Of a DNA stretch of 64,000 nucleotides, positions 1 to 9,982 are shown in pieces. The DNA comes from Mariprofundaceae bacterium. Its GTDB lineage: Bacteria; Pseudomonadota; Zetaproteobacteria; Mariprofundales; Mariprofundaceae. Numbering within the stretch: the stretch's first letter is position 1; the number at the start of each line of letters is the position of its first letter. The DNA is taken from the NCBI GenBank assembly GCA_027018935.1, contig JALUXZ010000070.1, positions 6,014 to 70,013 of the forward strand. The letters are read 5' to 3'. A program made the translations under genes and the position numbers. Under the pieces are notes generated by a model, which was given only the letters and a program-made list of their open reading frames with translations, was not told the origin of the DNA and made no database searches.

Positions 1-1172
1 CCTCTTTGAAGCTTGTTGGAGCTTGGCTGAAAGTGGTTCTTATTATGGTTGTTTTGGCATTTATGGCTAAAACATCCCAAGAATATTCGCGCTATGTTAT
101 ATTTTTATGGTTTGGATCAGCAGCTGTTGTTCAAGTTTTATGGCATATTGCAGTGAATTACATGATGTATTTTTTGAACGGCAAAAAAAATAAGATACTT
201 TCCATTATGGTAGGTACTGGTTCACTGGCCACCTATTTAACTCAGAAAATTAATGGCAACCCTTGGACAAAGCATAGGATTATTGCTGTGGTTGCAGGCT
301 CAAAAGAACCTGAAGATGCGTGGGATATGGATGGCGTACCATGTGTGGGGTCATTTGAAGCGTTGCGAGGTATTGTTGAGAAACATCAAGTGAGACGTGT
401 CTATTTCGCTTTGCCTTTACATAATAGCCATGAAATTCGTGATATACAGTTATTACTCCTTGATTTGAACGTGGATATTGTTTGGGCTCCAGATATTTTT
501 GGATTGCACTTAATTAGCCCTAGTGTGAAAGAAATTGCTGGCGTTCCACTTTACTATTTATCTGAAAGTCCGTTGGTTGATGGTGCAAAGTTTGCTAAGG
601 CAGTTATGGACAGAGTACTTGCGATGATTGCATTAATACTATTGTCTCCCGTGATGTTGACGGCAGGGGTTGCTGTAAAACTTAGCTCGCCAGGACCTGT
701 ATTTTTCAAGCAAAAACGACATGGGCTGGATGGGAAAATTATTCATGTATTAAAATTTCGTAGTATGAAAATTCATGAGGAGCTTGATCATACTGTCACG
801 CAAGCAATACGTGGAGACTCACGTATTACCAAAACTGGGGCTTTTTTGCGCAAAACCAGTATTGATGAGTTGCCACAGCTGGTGAATGTGTTAAAAGGCG
901 ATATGTCGTTGGTCGGGCCTCGACCTCATGCACTTGAACATAATGAGTTTTATGCAGGTAAGGTTTCTGCCTATATGTCACGTCATCGTATTTTACCAGG
1001 TATTACAGGCTTGGCTCAAGTGAATGGCTGTCGAGGTGAAACCGATACACTGGATAAAATGGAACGACGTGTTGAGTATGATTTAACGTATATTAACAAT
1101 TGGTCAATTTGGCTGGATATTAAAGTGATGGTTAAAACGGTGTTTACACTGTTCTCAAAAAATGCCTATTAA
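1..1172 (+). CDS. Polyprenyl-phosphate glycosyl-1-phosphate transferase (WbaP/WcaJ 'bacterial sugar transferase' family); N-terminus lies outside the window
   Basis: The frame is open to the window edge. The N-part is TM-rich. It is followed by the family hallmark block [26 protein letters not shown] ... [21 protein letters not shown] ... GITGLAQV. Confidence 0.85.
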   Translation, partial: SLKLVGAWLKVVLIMVVLAFMAKTSQEYSRYVIFLWFGSAAVVQVLWHIAVNYMMYFLNGKKNKILSIMVGTGSLATYLTQKINGNPWTKHRIIAVVAGSKEPEDAWDMDGVPCVGSFEALRGIVEKHQVRRVYFALPLHNSHEIRDIQLLLLDLNVDIVWAPDIFGLHLISPSVKEIAGVPLYYLSESPLVDGAKFAKAVMDRVLAMIALILLSPVMLTAGVAVKLSSPGPVFFKQKRHGLDGKIIHVLKFRSMKIHEELDHTVTQAIRGDSRITKTGAFLRKTSIDELPQLVNVLKGDMSLVGPRPHALEHNEFYAGKVSAYMSRHRILPGITGLAQVNGCRGETDTLDKMERRVEYDLTYINNWSIWLDIKVMVKTVFTLFSKNAY

Positions 1173-1418
1173 CGCTAAAGGGGTGGCTTTTCTAGCACTA
1201 GAAACATTAGGATAACTTGTATGTGCTCAAGGGTGTGAATAAAGAGCTTTCGTGTCTGCCGTATTAAAGCCTGATGTGTTATGCAAGTGTTGTTAGCTAC
1301 GATTACCTTTGAATCGATATTACCAGAAACTATTAACAATGGTATGGTGCTGCATTTAGATAAAATTGCCATTCCAAAGGATTGAAGTGCTGAAGGTTAT
1401 ATGTATGGGAGAGTTTGA

Positions 1419-2291
1419 ATGAAGGGGATTATTTTAGCAGGTGGCAGTGGCACGAGGCTGCATCCTTTGACCTTGGCAGTAAGCAAGCAGTTGATGCCAA
1501 TTTATGATAAACCGATGATTTACTATCCGCTATCGACTTTAATGCTTTCAGGTATTCGAGAAGTATTGTTGATTTCGACACCTTATGACTTGCCGATGTT
1601 TAAGCATGTGCTTAAAGATGGTTCGCAGTGGGGTATGTCGATTTCGTATGCCGAGCAGCCTAGTCCTGATGGTTTGGCACAGGCATATCATATAGGCAAA
1701 GATTTTGTGCAGGGTGGATCGTCAGCTTTAATTTTAGGGGATAATATTTTTTATGGCGATGGCATGTCTAGGCAATTGGAAAATGTTGCCTGTAGAGGTT
1801 CAGGCGCATCCGTATTTGCTTATCATGTACATGATCCTGAGCGTTATGGCGTGGTTGATTTTGATGAAGCTGGTAAAGCCTTATCGATTGAAGAAAAGCC
1901 AGAGCTACCTAAATCAAACTATGCAGTAACGGGCTTATATTTTTATGATGAGCGTGTGGTTGATATTGCCGCAGACCTCAAGCCTTCGGCGCGTGGTGAG
2001 CTTGAAATTACGGATGTGAATAAGGCCTATTTGGAGATGGGTGACTTGCATGTGCAACGAATGGGTCGTGGGACTGCATGGTTAGATACAGGAACCCATG
2101 ATTCACTACTGGAAGCTGCACAATTTGTGGAAGTATTAGAGAAACGCCAAGGTTTAAAGATTGCCTGCCTAGAAGAAATTGCTTGGCAAAAAGCTTATAT
2201 TAATGATGAGCAGTTGCTTGCTTTGGCAAACCCTTTGAAAAAGAATGGTTACGGTCAGTATTTATTAAAACTTTTGGATAAAAAACTATGA
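1419..2291 (+). CDS. rmlA: Glucose-1-phosphate thymidylyltransferase
   Basis: 290 aa. [18 protein letters not shown] nucleotidyltransferase loop and end-to-end RmlA-like sequence. First of four overlapping rml genes. Confidence 0.95.
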   Translation: MKGIILAGGSGTRLHPLTLAVSKQLMPIYDKPMIYYPLSTLMLSGIREVLLISTPYDLPMFKHVLKDGSQWGMSISYAEQPSPDGLAQAYHIGKDFVQGGSSALILGDNIFYGDGMSRQLENVACRGSGASVFAYHVHDPERYGVVDFDEAGKALSIEEKPELPKSNYAVTGLYFYDERVVDIAADLKPSARGELEITDVNKAYLEMGDLHVQRMGRGTAWLDTGTHDSLLEAAQFVEVLEKRQGLKIACLEEIAWQKAYINDEQLLALANPLKKNGYGQYLLKLLDKKL

Positions 2292-2848
2292 AAATGAATC
2301 AAACGAATCTTGATGGGGTGTTGCATATCGAACCAAAAGTATTTGGTGATGCACGCGGTTTCTTTTTGGAAACATATAACAAAGAGCGTTATGCAAAAGC
2401 AGGTTTTCCTGACGTGACGTTTGTACAAGATAATCATTCACGCTCAAGCAAAGGAGTGTTGCGAGGGTTGCACTTTCAGTTGAATCACCCGCAAGGTAAG
2501 TTGGTACAAGTGGTTTCTGGTTCAGTGTTTGATGTAGCTGTGGATATTCGCGTAGGTTCACCCTCCTTTGGACAATGGTATGGTTGCGAGTTAAGTGCAG
2601 AAAATCATCACCAGCTTTGGATTCCGCCTAAGTTTGCACATGGCTTTTGTGTATTGAGTGAAACGGCTGATTTTATGTATAAATGCACGGATTATTATCA
2701 CCTTGAAGATGAAGGAAGTGTGTTGTGGAATGATGCCGCTTTGGCTATTGATTGGCATCTTGAGCACCCGTTATTGTCGGATAAAGATGCGAAAGCACCA
2801 TGTTTGGCTGATATTGCGCATGATAAACTTCCGAAGTACGAAGGTTGA
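2288..2848 (+). CDS. rmlC: dTDP-4-dehydrorhamnose 3,5-epimerase
   Basis: 186-aa cupin with [14 protein letters not shown] and PPKFAHGF blocks typical of RmlC. ATGA start/stop overlap with rmlA. Confidence 0.95.
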   Translation: MKMNQTNLDGVLHIEPKVFGDARGFFLETYNKERYAKAGFPDVTFVQDNHSRSSKGVLRGLHFQLNHPQGKLVQVVSGSVFDVAVDIRVGSPSFGQWYGCELSAENHHQLWIPPKFAHGFCVLSETADFMYKCTDYYHLEDEGSVLWNDAALAIDWHLEHPLLSDKDAKAPCLADIAHDKLPKYEG

Positions 2849-3726
2849 TGAAGATGAAAGTGCTGATTGTAGGCTGTTATGGTCAAGTGGGTTCAGAGTT
2901 GATGGCTTTGGCATCAAGTTATGGTGTGAAAGCGGTCGGTTTTGACCATGATACATTGGATATTACGGATAAGGCTTCTGTACAAGCATGTATGGCTCGT
3001 GAGCAGCCTGATGTGCTGATTAATGCAGCGGCATATACGGCTGTGGATAAAGCCGAGAGCGATAAAGCGAATGCATTTGCTGTGAATGCCACGGCAGTGG
3101 GTTATTTGGCAGCGGCGTGTGCTAGTCAAGGCATTCCATTGGTGCATATCTCTACGGATTATGTGTTTGATGGTAGCAAGCTGGGTGCGTATATTGAAAC
3201 AGATACGATCGCTCCGCTTGGTGTGTATGGCGCAAGCAAACTTGCGGGTGAAGAAGCAGTGCGCGCGTTTTGTGATGAGCATTATATTTTACGCACTAGC
3301 TGGGTGTTTTCAGCGCATGGCAATAACTTTGTCAAAACCATGTTAAGGCTTGGGCAGGAGCGCGACACCTTGGGTGTGGTCGCAGACCAATATGGTAAAC
3401 CGACCTCTGCTAGAGAAATTGCCAGTACAATTTATGCGATGTTGGCAAGTGATAAGCAAGCTTGGGGAACCTATCATATTGCACAGCCTGAAGTGACCAG
3501 CTGGCATGGTTTTGCCACCGTTATATTTGAAGAAGCAGCAAAACAGGGTGTGAAATTAAAAGTTACAACGGTGAATGCGCTTACAACAGCTGATTATCCA
3601 ACACCCGCCAAGCGCCCTGCTAATTCTGAGTTGAATTGTAACTTGTTAGAAACAACATTTGCAACCAATATAAAACCTTGGCGTGAGTCACTGGCAGACG
3701 CAATTGGAGCATTAAATCATGACTGA
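2845..3726 (+). CDS. rmlD: dTDP-4-dehydrorhamnose reductase
   Basis: 293 aa. Rossmann start VLIVGCYGQVGSEL, plus STDYVFDG and YGASKLAGE (YxxxK) motifs. Overlaps both neighbours. Confidence 0.9.
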   Translation: MMKMKVLIVGCYGQVGSELMALASSYGVKAVGFDHDTLDITDKASVQACMAREQPDVLINAAAYTAVDKAESDKANAFAVNATAVGYLAAACASQGIPLVHISTDYVFDGSKLGAYIETDTIAPLGVYGASKLAGEEAVRAFCDEHYILRTSWVFSAHGNNFVKTMLRLGQERDTLGVVADQYGKPTSAREIASTIYAMLASDKQAWGTYHIAQPEVTSWHGFATVIFEEAAKQGVKLKVTTVNALTTADYPTPAKRPANSELNCNLLETTFATNIKPWRESLADAIGALNHD

Positions 3727-4738
3727 TTTTCAACCGAAAAAGATATTGGTAACGGGTGGCGCGGGTTTTATTGGCTGTAACTATGTGCGCTATATGCTGG
3801 AAGCAGATGGAAATGTGCAAATTATCAACCTAGATGCGCTGACTTATGCAGGCTCATTGGATAACTTAAAAGATTTACCTGACCCATCACGACATACGTT
3901 TGTGCAAGGTGATATTTGTGATCGTGAATTGGTAGATAAGCTGATGCGCGAACACGAGATTGATACAGTGGTTCACTTTGCAGCAGAATCACATGTAGAT
4001 AATTCCATTTCAGGGCCTGAAATTTTTGTGAAGACCAATGTGTTAGGCACATTCACACTCTTGGATTCTGCAAGAAATTATTGGCAGGGTGAAAAAGGCT
4101 GGGGCAAGGGAGAGTGTCGTTTTCACCATATTTCAACCGATGAAGTGTATGGTACATTAACAGCTGATGACCCAGCATTTAGTGAGACTACACCTTACGC
4201 ACCTAATTCACCGTATTCGGCTTCTAAGGCAGGCGCAGATCATTTAGCAAGGGCATACTTCCATACTTATAATATGCCTATAACTACGACGAATTGTTCA
4301 AATAATTATGGTCCATATCAACATGGTGAAAAGTTTATTCCCACAGTGATTCGAAAGTGTTTGCAGCAAGCGTCTATTCCTGTGTATGGCGATGGCAGTA
4401 ATATTCGTGACTGGCTTTATGTGATGGATCATTGCTCGGGCATTGATGCTGTGATTCGCCGTGGTGAATTAGGTGAAGTGTACAATATCGGAGGCATTAA
4501 TGAGTGGAATAATCTCGATATTTGCAAACTCATTTGTCAGTTGATGGATGAGCATAAGCCAGAGAATGCACCACACACAGATTTGATAACATTTGTGCAA
4601 GATAGGGCAGGTCATGATTGGCGCTATGCCATTGATGCAAGCAAGATGAATGATAAGCTGAATTGGCAGCCCGATGAGACCTTTGAAACGGGTATTCGAA
4701 AAACGGTTACTTGGTATTTGGATAATATGCAGCATTAA
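3719..4738 (+). CDS. rmlB: dTDP-glucose 4,6-dehydratase
   Basis: 339-aa extended SDR with VTGGAGFIG, HISTDEVYG and YSASKAGADH catalytic motifs. Confidence 0.95.
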   Translation: MTDFQPKKILVTGGAGFIGCNYVRYMLEADGNVQIINLDALTYAGSLDNLKDLPDPSRHTFVQGDICDRELVDKLMREHEIDTVVHFAAESHVDNSISGPEIFVKTNVLGTFTLLDSARNYWQGEKGWGKGECRFHHISTDEVYGTLTADDPAFSETTPYAPNSPYSASKAGADHLARAYFHTYNMPITTTNCSNNYGPYQHGEKFIPTVIRKCLQQASIPVYGDGSNIRDWLYVMDHCSGIDAVIRRGELGEVYNIGGINEWNNLDICKLICQLMDEHKPENAPHTDLITFVQDRAGHDWRYAIDASKMNDKLNWQPDETFETGIRKTVTWYLDNMQH

Positions 4739-4810
4739 ATTATTTGCATTTATTTTATGAAAGTGAAATACCATGTTGAATGATATATTTATTTGCCGAT
4801 TAAATTATTT

Positions 4811-4910
4811 GTAACTATTCAGCATCGTTATAAATGAACTTATAGCTGTTCAGATTGTCGTGTTTTTCAACGCTGCTAGCGGGAAAATAAGCAGTAAGCT
4901 GAATAGTTAC
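4811..4910. mobile_element. MITE-like element, family C, copy 1 (100 bp)
   Basis: 13-bp terminal inverted repeats: gtaactattcagc at 4811-4823 and gctgaatagttac at 4898-4910. Flanked by a perfect 8-bp direct repeat aattattt at 4803-4810 and 4911-4918. The same termini recur at 29145-29285. Confidence 0.7.
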
Positions 4911-4938
4911 AATTATTTTGTATGGAGGGTGTGGATAG

Positions 4939-5922
4939 ATGAATGTGTTGGTAGTGGGTGGAGCAGGTTATATTGGCTCGCATATGGTGAAGTATTTAGG
5001 CAATCAGGGTTGTTCGGTGACGGTTTTGGATAATTTGTCTTCGGGTCATCGTGATGCTGTGCTGTGCGGTGAATTGCTTGTGGGTGATTTGGCGGACTGT
5101 GACTTCTTGGATCAAGTGTTTGAAAAGCAGTCTTTTGATGTTGTGATGCATTTCGCATCGAGCATTATGGTTGGCGAATCTGTGGTGAAACCATCGTTGT
5201 ACTATCGAAATAATGTCACGCATACGCAAAATCTTTTGGATGCAATGGTGAAATATGATGTGCAGCATTTCATTTTTTCATCTACAGCGGCTATTTTTGG
5301 TGAACCCGAATATACACCGATTGATGAGTTGCATCCTAAGTGCCCTATGAACCCCTATGGCCGAAGCAAATGGATGGTAGAGCAAATACTGGAAGATTAT
5401 GATCGGGCGTATGGTCTAAAGTCGATTTGTTTGCGTTACTTTAATGCTGCAGGTGCCGATCCTGAATGTGAGTTGGGTGAACGACATGACCCAGAAACAC
5501 ATTTAATTCCCTTGGTGTTGCAGGCTGCATCAGGAAAACGTGATGCGATTACAGTGTTTGGGCGTGATTATGATACGGAAGACGGTACGTGTATCAGAGA
5601 TTATATTCATGTGAATGATCTTTGTTCTGCACACTGGTTAGCGATTCAGAGCTTGAAGAGCAGAGGTGAAAGTCAGCGTTTTAATTTGGGTAATGGCAAT
5701 GGTTTTTCAGTGCAACAACTTATAGATGTGTGTAGAGAAGTAACGGGCAAAGATATTCAAGTGATTGATGGCGAACGCCGAGAAGGTGACCCAGCGGCAT
5801 TGGTGGCAGATGCATCACGAGCCCAATTAGAGCTTGGTTGGACTCCAAAATTTGATGATTTAAGTGCGATCGTTTCGCATGCTTGGGCGTGGGAGAGTAA
5901 GGATTGTGGTCATGTTGGATGA
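4939..5922 (+). CDS. galE: UDP-glucose 4-epimerase
   Basis: 327-aa SDR with VVGGAGYIGSH, SSTAAIFG and YGRSKWMVE (YxxxK). GalE-like throughout. Confidence 0.9.
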   Translation: MNVLVVGGAGYIGSHMVKYLGNQGCSVTVLDNLSSGHRDAVLCGELLVGDLADCDFLDQVFEKQSFDVVMHFASSIMVGESVVKPSLYYRNNVTHTQNLLDAMVKYDVQHFIFSSTAAIFGEPEYTPIDELHPKCPMNPYGRSKWMVEQILEDYDRAYGLKSICLRYFNAAGADPECELGERHDPETHLIPLVLQAASGKRDAITVFGRDYDTEDGTCIRDYIHVNDLCSAHWLAIQSLKSRGESQRFNLGNGNGFSVQQLIDVCREVTGKDIQVIDGERREGDPAALVADASRAQLELGWTPKFDDLSAIVSHAWAWESKDCGHVG

Positions 5923-5962
5923 GAGAAAATACTTATGAATGATTTACCATGCAGCTAGTTGA

Positions 5963-6277
5963 ATGACTACGACGACTCGCCGTGATTGGGTTGATATAGC
6001 CAAGGGGCTTGGTATTATTCTGGTGATTTACGGGCATGTTGCACGAGGTCTGTTTTATGCTTATGTTGTATGGTCGCTTCTTCAAGGCTTGTTGGAAGTT
6101 GTCATGTCCAATCATACCAATGGTAACAACCTTGCTTTTGAACTTACTATCATCACCATCATAAGCATACTTCTACCGATTTTATTTGTGAAAATATCAC
6201 GTTCGTTGAACTTTAATTTTTTGTTTAAGCCGCCTGCTGTTTTATCAGTTGAAAAATTTTCTAATAAGGCAGGATGA
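5963..6277 (+). pseudogene. Probable remnant of an acyltransferase-3 (O-acetyltransferase) gene
   Basis: Only the first ~30 aa (RRDWVDIAKGLGIILVIYGHVARGL) resemble the N-terminus of acyltransferase-3 proteins, which are about 330-380 aa. This ORF is 104 aa and runs into the next gene. Confidence 0.35.
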
Positions 6278-6284
6278 TTCAAAT

Positions 6285-7058
6285 ATGAATAATAATTTAA
6301 ACACATATAAGCCTATTGTGGAGATGTTTGGCTTGCAATTTGATCAATGCACATTGCAACAAGCTGTTAAGATGGTTGTGGATGCAGGGCTTAAACGTGA
6401 AAAAAGCTTGGTAGTGACACCGAATGTGGATCATATTGTCATGCTGGAAAATGATGAAGATATGAGGGCGATATATCAAAAATCAAACTTTTGTTTTGCT
6501 GATGGCATGCCGTTGGTTTGGCTCAGTAAAGTGATGAAAAAAACGCTGCCAGAAAGAGTCACTGGAGCTGATTTGTTGCCTGCTATTGCAAAGCGAGCAG
6601 CTGAAGTGGGTGTTCGTTTGTTCTTGCTAGGGGGGCAGGAAGGTGTTGCAAAAGAAGCTGCCTGTAAAATGCAGGAAAAAAATTCAAACCTTCAAATTGT
6701 TGGCACATATTGTCCACCATTTGGCTTTGAACATGATGATGAAGAGAATAAAAAAATTATAGCGATGATCAATGATTCAGAAGCAGATATTCTTTTTGTA
6801 GGTGTGGGAGCCCCCAAACAAGAAAAATGGGCTGCAAAGCATAGCAATCAGTTGAATGTTGGCCCTATATTGGGCGTGGGTGCAGCGTTTGATTTTGTCG
6901 CAGGTAATATTAAGCGTGCGCCGCAGATGATTCAGCGGTTGGGGTTTGAATGGTTATGGCGGCTTATGAGTGATCCTAAAAGGTTATGGAAAAGGTATTT
7001 GATCAATGATCCTAAGTTTATACTTTTAAGCCTTCGTGAATTAAGGCGTGCTAAATAG
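6285..7058 (+). CDS. WecB/TagA/CpsF-family glycosyltransferase
   Basis: VVTPNVDHIV ... FADGMPLVW ... RVTGADL ... GAPKQEKW ... APQMIQRLGFEWLWRL are family-typical blocks. Start moved to the ATG at 6285, which follows a purine-rich aggcagga. Confidence 0.85.
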   Translation: MNNNLNTYKPIVEMFGLQFDQCTLQQAVKMVVDAGLKREKSLVVTPNVDHIVMLENDEDMRAIYQKSNFCFADGMPLVWLSKVMKKTLPERVTGADLLPAIAKRAAEVGVRLFLLGGQEGVAKEAACKMQEKNSNLQIVGTYCPPFGFEHDDEENKKIIAMINDSEADILFVGVGAPKQEKWAAKHSNQLNVGPILGVGAAFDFVAGNIKRAPQMIQRLGFEWLWRLMSDPKRLWKRYLINDPKFILLSLRELRRAK

Positions 7059-8558
7059 CGTTTTTTGAGTATCGCGTAATACAGCGTACTTTGTATTGGC
7101 TGGATTTTGATCATACCACTCCAGTGCGCCCCACCTGCCATATTTTGAGTTTCGACTTACCGAACCAAAGTGCATAAAAAGTGCGCCGTTGCTTGCAAAC
7201 CAATTACTAAGATGCTGTGAATAGAGTGTATTCATTTGAGGGCTACGATTGATGCGGTCAAAGAGAAGATTGAGCTTGGAATTGTTTCTTGCAACCAAGT
7301 GTTGCCCACCTTCATAGGCAAATAATTGAAGGTGTTTGGCCGAGGTTATGCTTTGCTGTTGTTGAATTAATGTTTTCTTCTTTTTTAAGTCCTGCTGTAA
7401 TAAATTAAACAATGTTTGTTGATTTTGTTTTGTTGCTTGGAGTAAAGCTTTATTGATGCCTCCACCAAAATAATCACCAATGGCATAGGCATCGGCATAT
7501 TTCCAAGCATTCCTCCACGTTAGAATTTGTGTTGTCATGTAGGTGGCGACAGCTTGCCCTGATAAGACCCGAACTAACCGATGAGGCTCGCGAAAAACGG
7601 ACTCCCAAACATGAAAAACTTCAACGGATCGTTGTGAGTAATAACGGATAGGTTGAAGGTATTCGTGCTGACTTAGGTCTAACCTTTCCCCTTCTTGTTG
7701 TGCGTATTGATGCTGTTTGAATGATTGGTTCCAGACCTCATTGGAATATTCGATATAGATATGAAGATTCGGTTTTAGTGTCTTTTTAACCAGTGTGGCA
7801 AAGTTACGAATGTAAGCATCTGTAGCTTGGTGAGGCATGCAAAACCAAGGTGAGATATTTAGCGTATTAGCTAATTCTATCATGTATTCCAGTGATACGC
7901 CTTTTCTGGATGCTTGAGAGAAGTCATTGATATGCGCTCGGTCTGACCAGTTTTTTTGCTTTGAGTTATTGGTTTGCATCCAGTCCATAAAACGGATGGC
8001 AGAAAAGGGCTTCCAACGCTCAAGAAAATCAGGGCGAAAGGTTGCCGTTTGAATAGTATCACCAGAGTAGATTCGAATATTGTGAATGTAATTGCTTGGA
8101 TCGGTTCTTTTTATCACGAGGCTTAGGTTCTGCGCATGTTCTTTTAGGCGAATTAATAACCGCCCTTGCTGTTGCTTTAGGATGATTGCTTCAGGAAACG
8201 TAATAAGCCCATCACCTTCATACAGACAGGTGAATACTTTTGAAGGAAAATGCCCTTGAAAATCGGTCAATATATATGTTTGGGCGGTTTGCCCAGGTTG
8301 CAACGCTTTGACCCAGCCATGACTATCGAGTTTAAGTGAAGCAGAAGGTTTGTTGTTAATCCATGGGCGAGCGCGTTTGAAATAATCATTGAATACAAGT
8401 TCCGAAGACCAGTCTTTGATGCCCAATAAATTCATGCCGATAGCTTTGTGATTCATGGTTGTTTCAGAGGCATCAAGTTGGTTTGTGGGAATAAAGTAGC
8501 AGGCTAGAAAAAAAGCAGCTAAACTCAGCCCGAATTTGGTTTTCATGAGGGGTTTCAT
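7041..8558 (-). CDS. Secreted clan-A-like (TIM-barrel) glycoside hydrolase candidate
   Basis: N-terminal signal peptide. YIEYSNEVWN (candidate acid/base NE) and FAYEGGQH (candidate nucleophile E) are spaced as in clan GH-A enzymes. It is the only minus-strand gene in this part of the polysaccharide locus. Confidence 0.45.
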   Translation of the reverse strand: MKPLMKTKFGLSLAAFFLACYFIPTNQLDASETTMNHKAIGMNLLGIKDWSSELVFNDYFKRARPWINNKPSASLKLDSHGWVKALQPGQTAQTYILTDFQGHFPSKVFTCLYEGDGLITFPEAIILKQQQGRLLIRLKEHAQNLSLVIKRTDPSNYIHNIRIYSGDTIQTATFRPDFLERWKPFSAIRFMDWMQTNNSKQKNWSDRAHINDFSQASRKGVSLEYMIELANTLNISPWFCMPHQATDAYIRNFATLVKKTLKPNLHIYIEYSNEVWNQSFKQHQYAQQEGERLDLSQHEYLQPIRYYSQRSVEVFHVWESVFREPHRLVRVLSGQAVATYMTTQILTWRNAWKYADAYAIGDYFGGGINKALLQATKQNQQTLFNLLQQDLKKKKTLIQQQQSITSAKHLQLFAYEGGQHLVARNNSKLNLLFDRINRSPQMNTLYSQHLSNWFASNGALFMHFGSVSRNSKYGRWGALEWYDQNPANTKYAVLRDTQKTLFSTP

Positions 8559-8580
8559 TTTAGTGTCCAGTTTAAAAGAT

Positions 8581-9111
8581 ATGAATGCGATGCCATCAGC
8601 CCATCATGAAGACTGGAGTCGTGAAAAGCCACGGCAGTTTTGGGATCCAAGTCGGAAGCTTCTCAAGAGTATTCGTACTTATCAACGCCTGCAAAAGAAA
8701 ACTTCGATATGGGCATTTTTACCGCGTAAGCTGTGTGTTATAAGACATCGTTTTTGGAGTGTGGTGACAGGCGCTGAAATTCAACTTACAACATCTATTG
8801 GGGGAGGCTTAATGATTCCTCATCCTAATGGTATTGTTATTCATCCGCGCGTTGAAATTGGCCCTAATTGCATGATTTTCCAACAGGTGACATTGGGTGC
8901 CACCCATGATGGGGAAATACCTAAGCTTGGAGGGAATGTCTTGGTTGGTGCGGGAGCCAAGGTTTTAGGGGCTGTGTCTGTTAGTGATAATGTTCGGATT
9001 GGTGCTAATGCGGTGGTTTTAAGCTCCGTATCGGATGGTGAAACAGTGGTAGGTATTCCAGCGAAAGTTATGGGTCATTTGTTGTCTCGTGAGAAAATTA
9101 CTGCTGTTTAA
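8581..9111 (+). CDS. Hexapeptide-repeat O-acetyltransferase (CysE/WcaB-like)
   Basis: Left-handed beta-helix repeats: IHPRVEIGPNCMIFQQVTLGA ... GGNVLVGAGAKVLGAVSVSDNVRIGANAVV ... VVGIPAKV. The start is uncertain. The track start at 8536 overlaps the divergent gene. Confidence 0.75.
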   Translation: MNAMPSAHHEDWSREKPRQFWDPSRKLLKSIRTYQRLQKKTSIWAFLPRKLCVIRHRFWSVVTGAEIQLTTSIGGGLMIPHPNGIVIHPRVEIGPNCMIFQQVTLGATHDGEIPKLGGNVLVGAGAKVLGAVSVSDNVRIGANAVVLSSVSDGETVVGIPAKVMGHLLSREKITAV

Positions 9112-9297
9112 TGAAAATGAAGCCCTCATATTCACGGTTATGTGATAGGGTTAGACTGGGGGGGAAGGTTTAGGTTACTCCTTTTATATGCTTGTGTTCA
9201 TTTTAATAGTGAGTATGTCTGAAATGGTGTGAGGCTGAGGTTGATAGGGCAGTAAGCTTGGTGTTAAATGAGTGAGAATAAGTATTAGGAGAATTAT

Positions 9298-9981
9298 ATG
9301 GCTGTGAGTCAAACAAGTCGGATAGATGAATCATATCAAACTAAAAATGAAGGTTACTTTAGCCATGCCAGGCAAGAGGTTATAGATCTGTTGCCAAAGC
9401 AGTATGAATCTGTGCTTGAAGTTGGCTGCGGCATGGGTTCAACACTACGGCTGATTCAGTCTTTAGGTATGTGTAGTTGGATCGGTGGAGTCGAAATTTC
9501 TAAGGATGCTGCGAGTGAAGCGCGAAAACATTTGAACTTCTTGGTGGAGGGTGATTTTGAGAAGTTAGAGTTGGATATGAAACCCGCTTCTTTGGATGTA
9601 ATTTTATGCCTCGATGTGCTTGAGCATATGAATGACCCTTGGCTTGCACTAGAGCGTTTGAAAAAACTATTGAAACCAAATGGTGTGTTGATTACAAGTT
9701 TACCTAACGTGAAGCACCACTCTGTATTGTTGCCTTTGATTTTTTCTGACCAGTGGCAATATCAAGATGCGGGAATTATGGATAAAACCCATTTGAGGTT
9801 TTTTACGTTTAAAACATCTGTGGAGATGCTCAATCAAGCTGGTTTTTCAGTGGAGGCTGTAATTAAAAAGTCTATTGTGGGAGGCGGGAGAGGCAGATGC
9901 TTTGTTAGATGGTTAGGCATGACGCTGTTGCCAACATTTTGCTCGGTTCAATATATTATTAAGTCGGTAAAAAAGAGTTGA
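9298..9981 (+). CDS. Class I SAM-dependent methyltransferase
   Basis: Motif I VLEVGCGMGS, then LDVILCLDVLEHM and LKPNGVLITSLPN. Confidence 0.8.
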   Translation: MAVSQTSRIDESYQTKNEGYFSHARQEVIDLLPKQYESVLEVGCGMGSTLRLIQSLGMCSWIGGVEISKDAASEARKHLNFLVEGDFEKLELDMKPASLDVILCLDVLEHMNDPWLALERLKKLLKPNGVLITSLPNVKHHSVLLPLIFSDQWQYQDAGIMDKTHLRFFTFKTSVEMLNQAGFSVEAVIKKSIVGGGRGRCFVRWLGMTLLPTFCSVQYIIKSVKKS

Positions 9982-9982
9982 T

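Noticed and set aside
1448-1462. A sigma-54-like TGGCAC...TGCA motif. A similar TGGCAT...TTGCT occurs near 45430.
   Set aside because: The GG-to-GC spacing is one nucleotide off the -24/-12 consensus. Both lie inside well-supported coding sequences (rmlA and gspI).
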